Source of the DNA: Candidatus Poribacteria bacterium
GTDB taxonomy: Bacteria; Poribacteria; WGA-4E; PCPOR2b
Assembly: GCA_965215015.1 (NCBI GenBank)
Contig: OZ244042.1
Span: forward strand, 2,624,001 to 2,688,000
DNA length: 64,000 nt
Direction of reading: 5' to 3'
Part shown: positions 47,300-58,422 of the stretch, in pieces
Position numbering within the stretch: position 1 is the first letter of the stretch
Layout of the letters: each line of letters starts with the position of its first letter
Notes under the pieces: model-generated
The model's database searches: none
The model's input: only the letters and a program-made list of their open reading frames with translations
What the model was told of the DNA's origin: nothing
Position numbers and translations under genes: made by a program

Positions 47300-48220
47300 C
47301 TACTTATTATATAACTCCGGGGGCGCGATAACAGTCAGACCGCGTTCAATTATTTCAACGGTCACGGGGGTGTAGCAGATCCGCTCTCCGTCTGCGTAAA
47401 GGAGTATGGGCGGATCGGTTTCGATGGTCAGCGATTTGGTGCGGTGCATCTGGACCGCGCGATGTCCGGCATGTCCTCCCCAGAAAAGGGTGAAAAGCAA
47501 GCGCAACACGGTTCGACGGGGAACAGGTTCAATAATACATACATCAAACAACCCGTCATCTATAATTGCCTCCGGCACGATTTTCATCCCACCGCCATAA
47601 CTAGCCGTGATGCCGGTGGCAGTCAGAAGAATCTCACCTTCGTAGGAGCCGAAGTCCCCTTCAAGGCGAGCCGCAGGCGGTCGATAACGAAAAAGCGTCG
47701 TGATTGCTGTATAGACATAAGAAGCGGTCCCGGAAAAAGGCGCGCCCTCCTCTGTAACGCGACGACTCACCTCAGCATCATACCCACACGTTGCAATTGT
47801 ATCGAAATAGTGCTCTCCGATTTTGCCGAGGTCAACCTGTCGTGTAGCCCCTTCCAATAGCACTTCGATGGCATCCAGAGGCTTTGTGGGAATCTTCAAG
47901 GCCTCCGCGAAATCGTTTCCCTTCCCACACGGCAGAATGCCAAGGACTACGTCCGGCTTCTCTGCAATCGCGTTGACGACCTCATGAATTGTACCATCGC
48001 CGCCGCACGCGATAATCCAGTGTAAACCATTTTCAATAGCTTCCGTTGTGATTCGATTCGCGTCCCCGGCCTGAGTAGTTAACTCCAACCGCCCCGTGTA
48101 ACCTTCATCGGTGAGACGCTGAAACGCTTGCTCAGCGACCGCAGCCGCCTTGCCTTTTCCCGAAATTGGGTTGGTGATTAGCGTAAAGTCTCGGTATGGA
48201 TGTTGGGTTCTAGCTGACAT
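47300..48220 (-). CDS. Diacylglycerol kinase-family lipid kinase (YegS/BmrU)
   Basis: NPISG, GGDGT, PCGKGNDFA, YGGG, DDG, ADGE. Confidence 0.93.
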   Translation of the reverse strand: MSARTQHPYRDFTLITNPISGKGKAAAVAEQAFQRLTDEGYTGRLELTTQAGDANRITTEAIENGLHWIIACGGDGTIHEVVNAIAEKPDVVLGILPCGKGNDFAEALKIPTKPLDAIEVLLEGATRQVDLGKIGEHYFDTIATCGYDAEVSRRVTEEGAPFSGTASYVYTAITTLFRYRPPAARLEGDFGSYEGEILLTATGITASYGGGMKIVPEAIIDDGLFDVCIIEPVPRRTVLRLLFTLFWGGHAGHRAVQMHRTKSLTIETDPPILLYADGERICYTPVTVEIIERGLTVIAPPELYNK

Positions 48221-48277
48221 CGCAATCTTCCAAAAATTTGCAACAGTCAACAAATCGATTGCAAGCATTTATTGCTT

Positions 48278-49273
48278 CTACTCTTTAAGCAGATCGGCCA
48301 CCTTGACAGCCGCACCGGTACTTGCAGCGTCACATGTTGCCTGACAGAGGGCGAGCGTTTGAAGGTTGTTCCTGCCTGAGATACCCGGTTCAACTCCGTC
48401 GCGGATGTACTCCCTTAACGCATCGAGCACCAACTGTTCGCTGCGCGGTAAAGACAGCGGCTCAATCATTTCAGGTTCACCGCCGCCCGTCGGTTGAAAT
48501 TCGATTCCTTCTACGTCGTACGCTCTGAGTGTGCCCCCATCCATCTGCATACGCAGGTGATATGAACTGTTTTGGGCGCAGTGCGTTAAGCCATAATTGC
48601 ACACCATCCCGTTTTCGTATTCCAGTATCGCATAAACCCCTGAGTCGTAAGGATATCGACTCCAAGGTGTGTTGAATGTTTGTGCAGTTACCGTTTTAAC
48701 GGGCCCAAACCAGAAGTTGAGGTTATCAAAGTGGTGGCAACTCATGTCCCAAATCATCGCGTTGAGATAGTTAAGTGTGCGTGGATTCGGACGATGGCGA
48801 TGATGAATCAGATCGACAATCGCGGGCGCGCCGCAAATTCCCTCATCAAGAATCCCCTTTATCGTCTGTTGCAGCGGTTGATAGCGATAATTTTGCGCCA
48901 CACAGAATCTGACGCCGCTCTCCTCCCCCTCCTTGACCAGTTGTTTCGCTAAAAGCAAGTCGGTTGTCATTCCCTTTTCGACAAGGACATGCAAACCGGC
49001 TTCAAACCCCATCCGTGCGAAAGGGGCATGTGTCTCTGTTGGGGTGCAGATTAACGCAGCATCGGCATTGACCACTTTGGCTGCTTCTTCAAGGCTGGAA
49101 AAACAAGCGGATTTCTCCAGTCCTGTTTTCTCGCGTGCGCTTTGGAGAACGGTCTCATCGACATCTACCAAAGCGACAGTCTCCCAATTTGGATCTGCTA
49201 CCACAACATCAATGGGCCAAGTGCCTCTACCGCCTGTGCCGACGTGAATAGACCTTAACGGTTCATCTCTCAT
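48278..49273 (-). CDS. Gfo/Idh/MocA oxidoreductase
   Basis: GTGGRG, EKG, QNYRY, DMSCHH; AGGAG RBS. Confidence 0.9.
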   Translation of the reverse strand: MRDEPLRSIHVGTGGRGTWPIDVVVADPNWETVALVDVDETVLQSAREKTGLEKSACFSSLEEAAKVVNADAALICTPTETHAPFARMGFEAGLHVLVEKGMTTDLLLAKQLVKEGEESGVRFCVAQNYRYQPLQQTIKGILDEGICGAPAIVDLIHHRHRPNPRTLNYLNAMIWDMSCHHFDNLNFWFGPVKTVTAQTFNTPWSRYPYDSGVYAILEYENGMVCNYGLTHCAQNSSYHLRMQMDGGTLRAYDVEGIEFQPTGGGEPEMIEPLSLPRSEQLVLDALREYIRDGVEPGISGRNNLQTLALCQATCDAASTGAAVKVADLLKE

Positions 49274-49356
49274 ACAAATCTCCTGTGACATACTCCCAAG
49301 TATAAATGCTTGAGTGTGTCAGAAATTGTTTTCAAAATCCGACGAGTTACAAATTT

Positions 49357-49385
49357 ATTTTAGCAGATTTGCAGGCAGGTGGCAA
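49357..49385 (-). promoter_or_regulatory. sigma70 promoter of oxidoreductase-kinase pair
   Basis: TTGCCA-N17-TAAAAT with extended TG. Confidence 0.55.
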
Positions 49386-49793
49386 GCGAAACCGAGATTA
49401 CCGTAGGAATTGCATCTGTTATAGAAATTAGGTAGTTGAGAAATCAGAAACTGGGATTAGCCGCTGTCGTGGCGCAGTGCTAGCCCACGACGCAATCGGG
49501 GTTTCCTAACTCGCGGGCGATCACAGGTTAGGAAACCTGTGGCTACGAGTACATTTCCATTGTCCTATACCAAATCCTACACAATATTTACATGCGATTG
49601 CCCTGAGCTCCCTGTACATTTCACTTGATTTAGGATTATCTCCATGATAAGATGGCCGAAACTTCCAGCAATTTTCAATCTTTCCCAAGACGCGCTGGCT
49701 TCAAAATTCGGAGTCTGACGCGAGGGCGATGAACTGAATCAACCGTATAGAGACACCCTTGGCGCACAAACACTACAAGGAGATTGGTCTTAG

Positions 49794-51524
49794 ATGAAAC
49801 TTTCACCTATTGATGGCGTAATCATCATTAGTTACATTTTTTTCGCGCTCGGACTCGGTATCTACTATTCCAAACGTGCTGGGAGAAATATTAACGAATT
49901 TTTCGTTTCCGGTCGAAATTTGCCGTGGTGGCTCGCAGGCACTTCGATGGTTGCAACGACATTTGCCGCGGATACACCGTTGGCGGTCACAGGCCTTGTC
50001 GTCAAGGACGGAATTGCGGGAAATTGGCTATGGTGGAACATGGTCTTGAGCGGGATGTTAGCGACATTCCTGTTCTCCCGGCTCTGGCGGCGAGCGGAGG
50101 TTATCACCGATGTTGAATTGACGGAATTGCGTTATGCCGGCAGATCCGCCAGTTTGCTGCGTGGCTTTCGCGCCCTATACATCGGTTTGCCAATTAATTG
50201 TATCACGATGGGCTGGGTGATTTTGGCGATGCAGAAGATTATTGTGTTGACCTTCAATCTGCCGGACACCGGAACATCAAAAGTGCTTGTTGTCCTGGCG
50301 TGTATGTTGATTGCGGGCCTTTACTGTGCGCTGTCAGGGTTTTGGGGTGTTGTCATAACGGACTTGGTTCAATTCGGGATGGCGATGATTGGATCAATTG
50401 CGTTAGGAGTTATCGCTATCTCCAAGGTCGGGGGTATAGGTGTCCTGAAGACCAAGCTGTCGGAGATACACGGGGTAGACCATTCGATTCTGCACTTCCT
50501 TCCGGATTTTGGTGCTGGTGAGATGGCGATACTGACCTTCGGGGTTTACCTCGGTGTCCAGTGGTGGGCGGCAAACGGGGTGGATGGCGGCGGCTACATC
50601 GCTCAGCGGATGTTTGCAGCGAAGGACGAGCGCAACACATTGCTTGCCACGCTATGGTTCAATATTGCACACTATACGTTGCGTCCTTGGCCATGGATTC
50701 TGGTCGCTCTCGTATCGATGGTTGTCTACCCAAACCTCAATGATCCGGAAGCGGGTTATCCAAAGTTGATGCTCGAATACTTGCCCACAGGATTGCTGGG
50801 GCTTATGCTCACAGCGTTTCTTGCAGCGTTTATGTCAACGATTGATACCCACCTAAACTGGGGAGCATCCTATCTCATCAATGATTTCTACAAACGCTTT
50901 TTCAAACCAGAGGCTGACGATCGCCACTATGTGGTTGTTTCCCGCATCTCGGTCGTGCTAATCATGCTCGTTGCAGGCGTGACCAGTCTATTCATGGATT
51001 CGATTGCGGGGGCGTGGAAATTCCTGATTGCTCTCAACGCAGGTATCGGACTCGTGCAGATTTTGCGGTGGTACTGGTGGCGGATTAACGCGTGGTCAGA
51101 AATTGCCGCAATGGTTACTTCCGCGATTGTATCAGCGATTGTATTCACGTTGCCCCAGACAAAAGATACCTTCGCGTATCAGATGTTGATCATCGTCCCA
51201 ATTTCAACACTGAGCTGGATCGCCACAACTTTGGTAACCGCCCCCGTTTCAGAAGAGAGGTTGATTACATTCTATCAACGGGTCCGACCGAATGGCGGCT
51301 GGTGGGGACACATCCCTAGCCTCGCAAACGTCAAACCGATTGCCGAAAGCAGTACACCGGCACTACTCAACTGGGTATTGGGTTCGGCATTTGTGTATTC
51401 CACATTGTTTGGGTTTGGCAAATTGCTGTTGGGATTTTACGGTGCCGGAATCTTTTTTCTGCTAATTGCGTTAATCACAGGAGGTCTGGTCTATCGCGGA
51501 TTACCAATTAGATTTACCAATTAG
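49794..51524 (+). CDS. Sodium:solute symporter family transporter
   Basis: SGRNLPWWLAGTSMVATTFAADTP, QR, AAFMST; many TM helices. Confidence 0.94.
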   Translation: MKLSPIDGVIIISYIFFALGLGIYYSKRAGRNINEFFVSGRNLPWWLAGTSMVATTFAADTPLAVTGLVVKDGIAGNWLWWNMVLSGMLATFLFSRLWRRAEVITDVELTELRYAGRSASLLRGFRALYIGLPINCITMGWVILAMQKIIVLTFNLPDTGTSKVLVVLACMLIAGLYCALSGFWGVVITDLVQFGMAMIGSIALGVIAISKVGGIGVLKTKLSEIHGVDHSILHFLPDFGAGEMAILTFGVYLGVQWWAANGVDGGGYIAQRMFAAKDERNTLLATLWFNIAHYTLRPWPWILVALVSMVVYPNLNDPEAGYPKLMLEYLPTGLLGLMLTAFLAAFMSTIDTHLNWGASYLINDFYKRFFKPEADDRHYVVVSRISVVLIMLVAGVTSLFMDSIAGAWKFLIALNAGIGLVQILRWYWWRINAWSEIAAMVTSAIVSAIVFTLPQTKDTFAYQMLIIVPISTLSWIATTLVTAPVSEERLITFYQRVRPNGGWWGHIPSLANVKPIAESSTPALLNWVLGSAFVYSTLFGFGKLLLGFYGAGIFFLLIALITGGLVYRGLPIRFTN

Positions 51525-51775
51525 ATAAAGTAGTAGCAAAAAACGCATCAATCCTATATCAGCAACATCCACAACACTGAGCGCAGCAGCATTTCTCAAC
51601 CAATCACTTATCGAATAAAAGAAAGAGTTCAAAGATGTAAAGGAGGTAATTCGGTGGATTCAGGAACAAGCACCGGGCAACTCAGTGGTCCAATATCCTC
51701 TTGAAGCCTATCTGTAGTCGCTCGAATTGACTTAAGAATTGGTTAATCAGTTTTGTTTCAGATTACCGTAACGAT

Positions 51776-53989
51776 ATGCTAAAAAAAATACTGTACAGTT
51801 ATCTACTCCCTATTGCCCTCACTGTTTGTATAATTCCACAGGGGTTTGCAGAATCCCATTTTGAAAAGGCACTTACCCTCGTAGATCAGGCAAACTATGC
51901 TCAGGCCGCCCGGAGCCTGGAAGATTTACTCAAAACGCAGCCCACCCATCCAGAGAAACAGGCTATCCATCATGTGCTCGCTTACTGTTATGAAAAAGGG
52001 CAGAAATGGGCAAAAGCGATTGAACATTATACGCACGCCCTTTCCCCAACATATCCCTTGACAGATTATGTCCTCTACCATCTGGCAAAATCATACGGGC
52101 AGATGAAAGACAATCAAAACGCTATCATCTGGTATCAACGGCTAGTTGATGAACACCCGCAGAGTTTGCATCTTGCTAGCGCAAGGTACGAACTCAGCAA
52201 GGCCCACTATTATGCTGGCAACCACGCCATCGCACTCAAAGGCTTTTTAGGGCTTATCACCGATTCAAAAAACAGGTATGTCAGGAAAGCAACCTATCAG
52301 GCTGCAAGGACCTATGAAAAACTGGGTGAATGGAAGAAGGCTCAGGACACCTACCAAAAACTTCTTCATGCAAACGACGCGGATACGATTGCGAAAAGTT
52401 CGCTTGACGCACTTCAAAAACTGGTCGCAGGACATGCAGAACTCCAGATTACTCGGAATCAACGTATGACGCACGGCATGGTAAGATTCAATGTCGGTCA
52501 ACTGACGAGTGCACTCTCGGAATTTCGCAAAGCTGCCACAGGCACTAAGGATACAATTACCGCGCGTGCCACCTATTATATCGGTCGCATATACTACCGT
52601 CAGCGCAAATATGATTCAGCACTTGAGGCATACAACAAAATCGTTGCTCTCTACCCGGCCAGTGGCTATCTCACGCGGGCACTTTACCAGTCAACGCTTT
52701 GCTACCGGCGTAAGAAACAGCCGCAAATGGCTGAGAAATATTTAAACGCCTTTATCGAAAAATACAGTTGGAGTGCCCTAGCAGACAATGCGCTATATGA
52801 TCTCGGATGGGTGCTGGAGAACGAGAAACAGTATGATAAAGCCATTGCTTCCTACCGTCGTTTAACGAGTCAATATACGCACAGCACCCTGTTGCCGCGA
52901 GCATACTGGCGAATAGGTTGGATCCAATTTAGGAACGAACGATATGTGGATTGCATTCAAACCTTCACAACCTTGATGAAAGGGTTCCCAAATGATAGTT
53001 TCGCTAAGGCGGCACTCTTCTGGATAGGAAAAAGCCATGAACGTCAAAATCAGTTAAAGGCAGCGGAAACCGCATATAGTGAAATCGTGAAGGCAAATCA
53101 CTGGTATTACAGTGCTCCGGCAAAAGAGCACCTTAAACGCCTCCGGTCAAAAATCGATGCCCCCATCAAACCTGAAACGCTAGAGATCCCTCGCGCCCGT
53201 GTAACCTTGGATAGCCCTGCCTGGAAAAACATCGGATCTAAGAAAACGCCTCGTGTGGAGCAACTGATGCGTCTCAAGCTTTTTGAGGATGCTTTGACTG
53301 AACTTGAAGACACTATTCAGCGCAACAGCGCAAATCTTCGAGATAATTACTATAATCTTATCTTATGTCTCGAGAAACTCAAGAAGTTTCAACAGGCACA
53401 CCGATATGCAGACAAGCTATCAAAGCTCCAACCCCTTCGCGGTAAAAACAACGCTATACCGATAGAACTTTACCGCCTCCTCTATCCGCTTTATTACACG
53501 GATTATCTTCAAAAACATACGACAAACTACGAAATTGACGCGCTGTTTGTTGCTGCAATGATTCGCGAGGAAAGCCGGTACAACGCCGATATCGTTTCTC
53601 GTTCCGGCGCGGTAGGTCTGATGCAGATTATGCCTGCAACTGGGCGCGAGTTAGCGAACCGTCTCAAAATTCCTCGATTTAGCATAAAGATGTTGTATAA
53701 TCCGGATGTCAATATTCAGATGGGAACATGGTACATGAAAAGTCTGATGAATCAGTTCGACAACAATCACGCGCTGGTCGCGGGGGCGTACAACGGCGGT
53801 CCTGGTCGGATGCGGCGTTGGATAGAGGCAAAGAAGATTCCGGATTTGGATGAGTTTGTCGAAGATATTTGGATAGACGAAACACGGCGTCACATCAAAA
53901 AAGTCATTGACAGCTATATCATCTATCAGGAGCTTTACTCAAACCCCACTCCCACCTCCACAAAAAAATTGTCTCAAACGGATGGTTAA
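51776..53989 (+). CDS. Soluble lytic transglycosylase with TPR superhelix (Slt-like)
   Basis: REES, GAVGLMQIMP.T, AYNGG, ETR; N-terminal TPRs and signal peptide. Confidence 0.92.
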   Translation: MLKKILYSYLLPIALTVCIIPQGFAESHFEKALTLVDQANYAQAARSLEDLLKTQPTHPEKQAIHHVLAYCYEKGQKWAKAIEHYTHALSPTYPLTDYVLYHLAKSYGQMKDNQNAIIWYQRLVDEHPQSLHLASARYELSKAHYYAGNHAIALKGFLGLITDSKNRYVRKATYQAARTYEKLGEWKKAQDTYQKLLHANDADTIAKSSLDALQKLVAGHAELQITRNQRMTHGMVRFNVGQLTSALSEFRKAATGTKDTITARATYYIGRIYYRQRKYDSALEAYNKIVALYPASGYLTRALYQSTLCYRRKKQPQMAEKYLNAFIEKYSWSALADNALYDLGWVLENEKQYDKAIASYRRLTSQYTHSTLLPRAYWRIGWIQFRNERYVDCIQTFTTLMKGFPNDSFAKAALFWIGKSHERQNQLKAAETAYSEIVKANHWYYSAPAKEHLKRLRSKIDAPIKPETLEIPRARVTLDSPAWKNIGSKKTPRVEQLMRLKLFEDALTELEDTIQRNSANLRDNYYNLILCLEKLKKFQQAHRYADKLSKLQPLRGKNNAIPIELYRLLYPLYYTDYLQKHTTNYEIDALFVAAMIREESRYNADIVSRSGAVGLMQIMPATGRELANRLKIPRFSIKMLYNPDVNIQMGTWYMKSLMNQFDNNHALVAGAYNGGPGRMRRWIEAKKIPDLDEFVEDIWIDETRRHIKKVIDSYIIYQELYSNPTPTSTKKLSQTDG

Positions 53990-54075
53990 ATTGTGAGGGA
54001 ATGCTCCCGCTAAGTCTACGTTAGGTCTTCGGACGAACATAGGAAAATCACCCGATACTCGAAAGGATAATTGCT

Positions 54076-54867
54076 ATGAGGCATACAATCGGCTGCACAA
54101 CCCGCCCCTACGGTTCACTTACATTCTCCGAAGCCTGCGAGCACATCGCGGCTGCCGGATACACCGATGTTGCACTGTTTGCCAACGCAGGTCAGGTCCC
54201 CGTGCAGGCGGATAGCACGGCCGCGGAGATTGCAGAAACCCGCAAAGCCGCAGACGCCGCTGGATTGACCCCCTCAATGCTAATCGGCAGTACGAAATTG
54301 AATCTCGGCTTGGAAGCCGCTGTCGATGATTACAAACGACTCATCGACAATGCCGCTGCGGTCGGCACGAAGTGGTTGCTCGATTGTGGTACAGGGAACG
54401 AAGCGCACTATGTAGACTATTTTGAGTTGATGCGTCGGGCTGCGCCACATGCAGCGGCAACGGGTGTCAACATTACCATGAAACCACACGGTGGAATCAG
54501 CCTGACCATCCAAGATCTCATCGATGCTGATGATAAAGTAAATCACTCCGCCTTTGGGATTTGCTATGATCCGGGCAATATCATCTACTATACCAAAGGC
54601 AATCTTCGGCCTGAAACCGATATAGCGACGATCGCGCCAAAAGTGACAACGACGATTATCAAGGATTGTGTCGTTGAGGATGGTGTTCCTGATGTGATGG
54701 TCACGCCGGGCGAGGGGCTTGTCGATTTTGAGACAGTCCTCAACGGGCTTGTCAACAACGGTTTTGAGGGGCCATTATATGTCGAGTGTGTTGGTGGGGC
54801 AACGGTGGACGAAATCAACAGAAACACCAAAGCAACGCTCAAGTTTGTGAGCGATATTTTGGGGTAA
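54076..54867 (+). CDS. Sugar phosphate isomerase/epimerase TIM-barrel protein
   Basis: KPHGG, YDPGN, IKD, PGEG.VDF, VE. Confidence 0.85.
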   Translation: MRHTIGCTTRPYGSLTFSEACEHIAAAGYTDVALFANAGQVPVQADSTAAEIAETRKAADAAGLTPSMLIGSTKLNLGLEAAVDDYKRLIDNAAAVGTKWLLDCGTGNEAHYVDYFELMRRAAPHAAATGVNITMKPHGGISLTIQDLIDADDKVNHSAFGICYDPGNIIYYTKGNLRPETDIATIAPKVTTTIIKDCVVEDGVPDVMVTPGEGLVDFETVLNGLVNNGFEGPLYVECVGGATVDEINRNTKATLKFVSDILG

Positions 54868-54919
54868 AATCTTTTTGGTTCATTTGAAAATTTAACGCAA
54901 AGGTGCCCGGAGGACAACA

Positions 54920-55963
54920 ATGAAAATTACTCGTCTTGAAACCGAATTATATATCGCCCCGTCGCCGGAGCGTCCAATCACCGATGCACTCCGTGCCAAT
55001 AGACATCCGGGGCGTGTTCACATCAAAGTTCACGTTGATAAAGGTCTCGTTGGTAGTTCATCGGTTGGGTTCTCCTCGATTCGGGGTGCAAACCAGACGC
55101 TCCAGACTATGCTTGATGCGGAGGTCGCTCCGTTACTTGCGGGACGGGATCCGCTCGCTATTCAACTGATTCATGAGGACCTGAAGCGGGCATTGGAAGA
55201 ACAGGCTCTCCATGGCATGACAATGTATGCCCTCACGGCTGTGAATGTCGCCCTTTGGGACATCTTTGGACAGGAGACAGGGCAACCCGTGCACCGCCTT
55301 GTCGGTCAGGCGAAAGATCGGGTGCCCGCCTATACGATGGTTGGCTGGATGCACTTAGATCTCGACGAACTCAAGGAGGTCTGCACGAAAGCGGCCGAAC
55401 AAGGGTTTAAGGCGGTGAAGGTCAAGGTCGGTTCGCCGACACTGGAGGCGGACATCCGACGACTGGAGACGATTCGGGCGGAGATTGGTCCAGATATAAC
55501 GATTATGGTAGATGCCAATCAGACACTCACGGTGTTTGAGGCGTTGCGTCGTGGACAGGTGTTTCAGGAGATGGGGGTATTTTGGTTAGAGGAACCGCTG
55601 CCCGCCCGCAATTACGATGATTATGCCGAACTTGCACATGGGCTTGCCATGCCCATCGCCACCGGTGAAAACCTTTACGGAAAGGAAGAGTTTAAGGAAC
55701 TCCTCGTCCGTCGGGGGATAGACATCGTGCAGGTCGATCTCGCTCGCCTCGGCGGCTTCTCCGAATGTGTTGCCACCGGTCTGATGGCAGCGGCGTTTGG
55801 TGTGCCGTGCTGCACGCATGGTGGAGGCCTGATAAACCTGAATATCCTGTGTGCCCTGCCCAATACGCTGTATTTGGAAACGGGGCTACTGACCGATGAA
55901 GAACGGGATCACTTCGTTGATGGTTGTTTCCAAGCACCGGAGGGCGCTGGATTTTCATGGTAG
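54920..55963 (+). CDS. Mandelate racemase/muconate lactonizing family enzyme
   Basis: KVK, VDAN, EEP, TGE, QVD, CTH. Confidence 0.9.
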   Translation: MKITRLETELYIAPSPERPITDALRANRHPGRVHIKVHVDKGLVGSSSVGFSSIRGANQTLQTMLDAEVAPLLAGRDPLAIQLIHEDLKRALEEQALHGMTMYALTAVNVALWDIFGQETGQPVHRLVGQAKDRVPAYTMVGWMHLDLDELKEVCTKAAEQGFKAVKVKVGSPTLEADIRRLETIRAEIGPDITIMVDANQTLTVFEALRRGQVFQEMGVFWLEEPLPARNYDDYAELAHGLAMPIATGENLYGKEEFKELLVRRGIDIVQVDLARLGGFSECVATGLMAAAFGVPCCTHGGGLINLNILCALPNTLYLETGLLTDEERDHFVDGCFQAPEGAGFSW

Positions 55964-56009
55964 GATAGATTGGAGTCTCAACTAACAGCTAAGAACGAGG
56001 CAAAAAATA

Positions 56010-57068
56010 ATGGGACAAAGCCAAGATAAATTGCGCGTCGCGGTTGCAGGCTGCCACCGTATGACACACCGTAGCCCGGGCAGTCATAATTTTGCGACTG
56101 CGTTTCACGCCGTGCCGGAGACAGATGTGGTCGCGGTGTTTGACCTCGGTGCGAACACCCGAACGGAATTTGTGGATTGCTGGCGAGAGGTTTGGGGGAA
56201 CCTCCCAACCTATCACGACTATCAACAGATGCTTAGGGAAATTCAGCCGGACCTGTTGTGCATCGCCACGCGCCAAACGATGCACGCCGACCAGATTGAG
56301 TTAGCTGTCCAGACTGGGGTGCGTGGCATTTTATGCGACAAACCCCTCGCGACCAATTTAGAAGAGATGGACAGAATCGTCGCCGCATGTCAAGAGGTGC
56401 CGCTGCTTTTCGCGTTAGACCGTCGCTGGATGCCCCGATATTGTTCACTCCGAGAGTTGGTTGCCGAGGGCGTAATTGGGGAGGTCACAAGTGCGACCGC
56501 CTATGCGCTGTCCAACTTGATTAATCATGGCTGCCACTCGTATGATGCGATTCTGGGCTTGGCGGGGGATGTCGAGCCGGTGTGGGTCAGCGGACTGGTA
56601 GACGATGTTTCAGACGAACCGCCTAATTCGCGGCGACGTATGGATCCAGCTGGACACGCACAAATTGGTCTTGCGAATGGAGCAGTACTTTACGTTACCC
56701 CAGGCGGTCGTCACGAAAACTCAGGAATGACTTTTGAAGTTGTGGGCGAAAATGGGCACTTGTTTCTACTTGATGATGCTAATGAGAGCTATCTTTGGTC
56801 AGCGGATAATCAATCTGGGGCAGGATTGCGTCCATTAGACCTGCCGGAGGAGATCGAACCGTGGCCCGCTGGCAAGGCGATGGTGAACGATTTGGTGCAC
56901 GCTGTGCAAACGGATGGACGAACCGCCTGCGACATTGAACATGCCCGTTATGCAACCGAGATAGGCTTCGCGATTCACGGTTCATCAATGCAAGGAGGAG
57001 CTAAGGTTGACTTGCCACTCGCCGAACGATCATTCCGTATTGAATCATATCCTTGGGGCAATGAATAA
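56010..57068 (+). CDS. Gfo/Idh/MocA oxidoreductase
   Basis: VAVAGC, CDKP, NHGCH. Confidence 0.88.
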   Translation: MGQSQDKLRVAVAGCHRMTHRSPGSHNFATAFHAVPETDVVAVFDLGANTRTEFVDCWREVWGNLPTYHDYQQMLREIQPDLLCIATRQTMHADQIELAVQTGVRGILCDKPLATNLEEMDRIVAACQEVPLLFALDRRWMPRYCSLRELVAEGVIGEVTSATAYALSNLINHGCHSYDAILGLAGDVEPVWVSGLVDDVSDEPPNSRRRMDPAGHAQIGLANGAVLYVTPGGRHENSGMTFEVVGENGHLFLLDDANESYLWSADNQSGAGLRPLDLPEEIEPWPAGKAMVNDLVHAVQTDGRTACDIEHARYATEIGFAIHGSSMQGGAKVDLPLAERSFRIESYPWGNE

Positions 57069-57175
57069 AACGTGAAAACAGTTGTCCATGAGTTCAACAA
57101 TGAACTGTTGAGCGAGATGAAAACAACATCCTCACTAACTTGCACCAAAGGTTATAGAGGGAGGGAAATAAGCTG

Positions 57176-58339
57176 ATGAAGATTAAGGAGATAAAAGCCG
57201 CAGAGATAGACATCTCGCCCAGACCCAAAACTCAGCCACGGAGTTCGCCGCCGCCAGATCGACCCGACTCACCAAGCCCAATGGCTCGCTATCCGACCTA
57301 CAGAGCGCGGCGTTCGTCGTGGGGAGCTAGCTGGAATCGAGTGGGCTGCGTAATCACCGCTGACGACGGCACCTTTGGCGTCGGTGTTACCATTAATGGG
57401 GGACCGGTGGTCAAAATCATCAACGATCATTTCGCCCAATACCTTGTGGGCGAAAATTGCATGGCGACGGAGAAGTTATTTGATATGATGTTCCGCATGG
57501 CTGCCCCTTACGGCAGCACCGGACCGACGAGCTATGCTATCAGTGCTGTTGATCTTGCCCTGTGGGATCTGAAGGGTAAGCTGCTAAACAGGCCGGTTTA
57601 TGAACTGCTCGGTGGGCCTCAGAAGGAAAGCATCTTCTGCTACTCCACCGGATTTGAGACCGAATGGTACATGGAGTTGGGATTCAAGGCAACCAAACTT
57701 CCGCTGCCCTATGGTCCCGCGGATGGGTTGGAAGGTCTCAACAAAAATGAGGTAGAAGTCGCTAGAACGCGAGAGCTAATCGGCGATGACGTAGAATTGA
57801 TGCTGGACTGCTGGATGTCGCTGGATGTGGAGTATACTATCCGTCTTGCCGAGCTGTTGAAACCCTACCGGCTTAAGTGGATAGAGGATTATTTGATACC
57901 AGAAGATTTTGAGGGGTTCGCTCAGGTGCGTCAGCGATTACCTTGGCAGACACTTGCTACCGGGGAACATTGGTATATGCCGTTGCCCTTCTCAATGGCC
58001 GCCAGTCAGCACCTTGTAGATATATTCCAACCGGATGTGCTATGGGCGGGCGGAATCACGTCGTGCGTTCGGATTTGTCACCTCGCCGAAGCCGCCTGTA
58101 TCTCGGTAATCACCCACGGCGGCATGAACTATCCCTACGGACAGCATCTCGCCTTTGCGATGCCCGCCATCCCCTGGGGTGAACGCTCCGAGGGTGTCTC
58201 GCCACCGGGCGTGCCGCCTGAAGAGATGGTCGCCATCCCCGGAACAGCTGTGATCCGAGACGGCCATCTGGTGCCCAACAATGCACCGGGATTTGGGATT
58301 GAGGTCAGTAAGGATTGGCTGGAAAGTGTCACTGTGTAG
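57176..58339 (+). CDS. L-rhamnonate dehydratase-like enolase-superfamily enzyme
   Basis: SPMARYP, KLPLPYGP, LDCWMSL, GEH, QPD. Confidence 0.85.
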   Translation: MKIKEIKAAEIDISPRPKTQPRSSPPPDRPDSPSPMARYPTYRARRSSWGASWNRVGCVITADDGTFGVGVTINGGPVVKIINDHFAQYLVGENCMATEKLFDMMFRMAAPYGSTGPTSYAISAVDLALWDLKGKLLNRPVYELLGGPQKESIFCYSTGFETEWYMELGFKATKLPLPYGPADGLEGLNKNEVEVARTRELIGDDVELMLDCWMSLDVEYTIRLAELLKPYRLKWIEDYLIPEDFEGFAQVRQRLPWQTLATGEHWYMPLPFSMAASQHLVDIFQPDVLWAGGITSCVRICHLAEAACISVITHGGMNYPYGQHLAFAMPAIPWGERSEGVSPPGVPPEEMVAIPGTAVIRDGHLVPNNAPGFGIEVSKDWLESVTV

Positions 58340-58422
58340 TAAAGAAATAGGGGCGTGCTATCACTTTGGATTGGCAAATCCCAGCAGAGGCTTTTAAACA
58401 TCCTAGCGTCCTTGCGTCGAAA

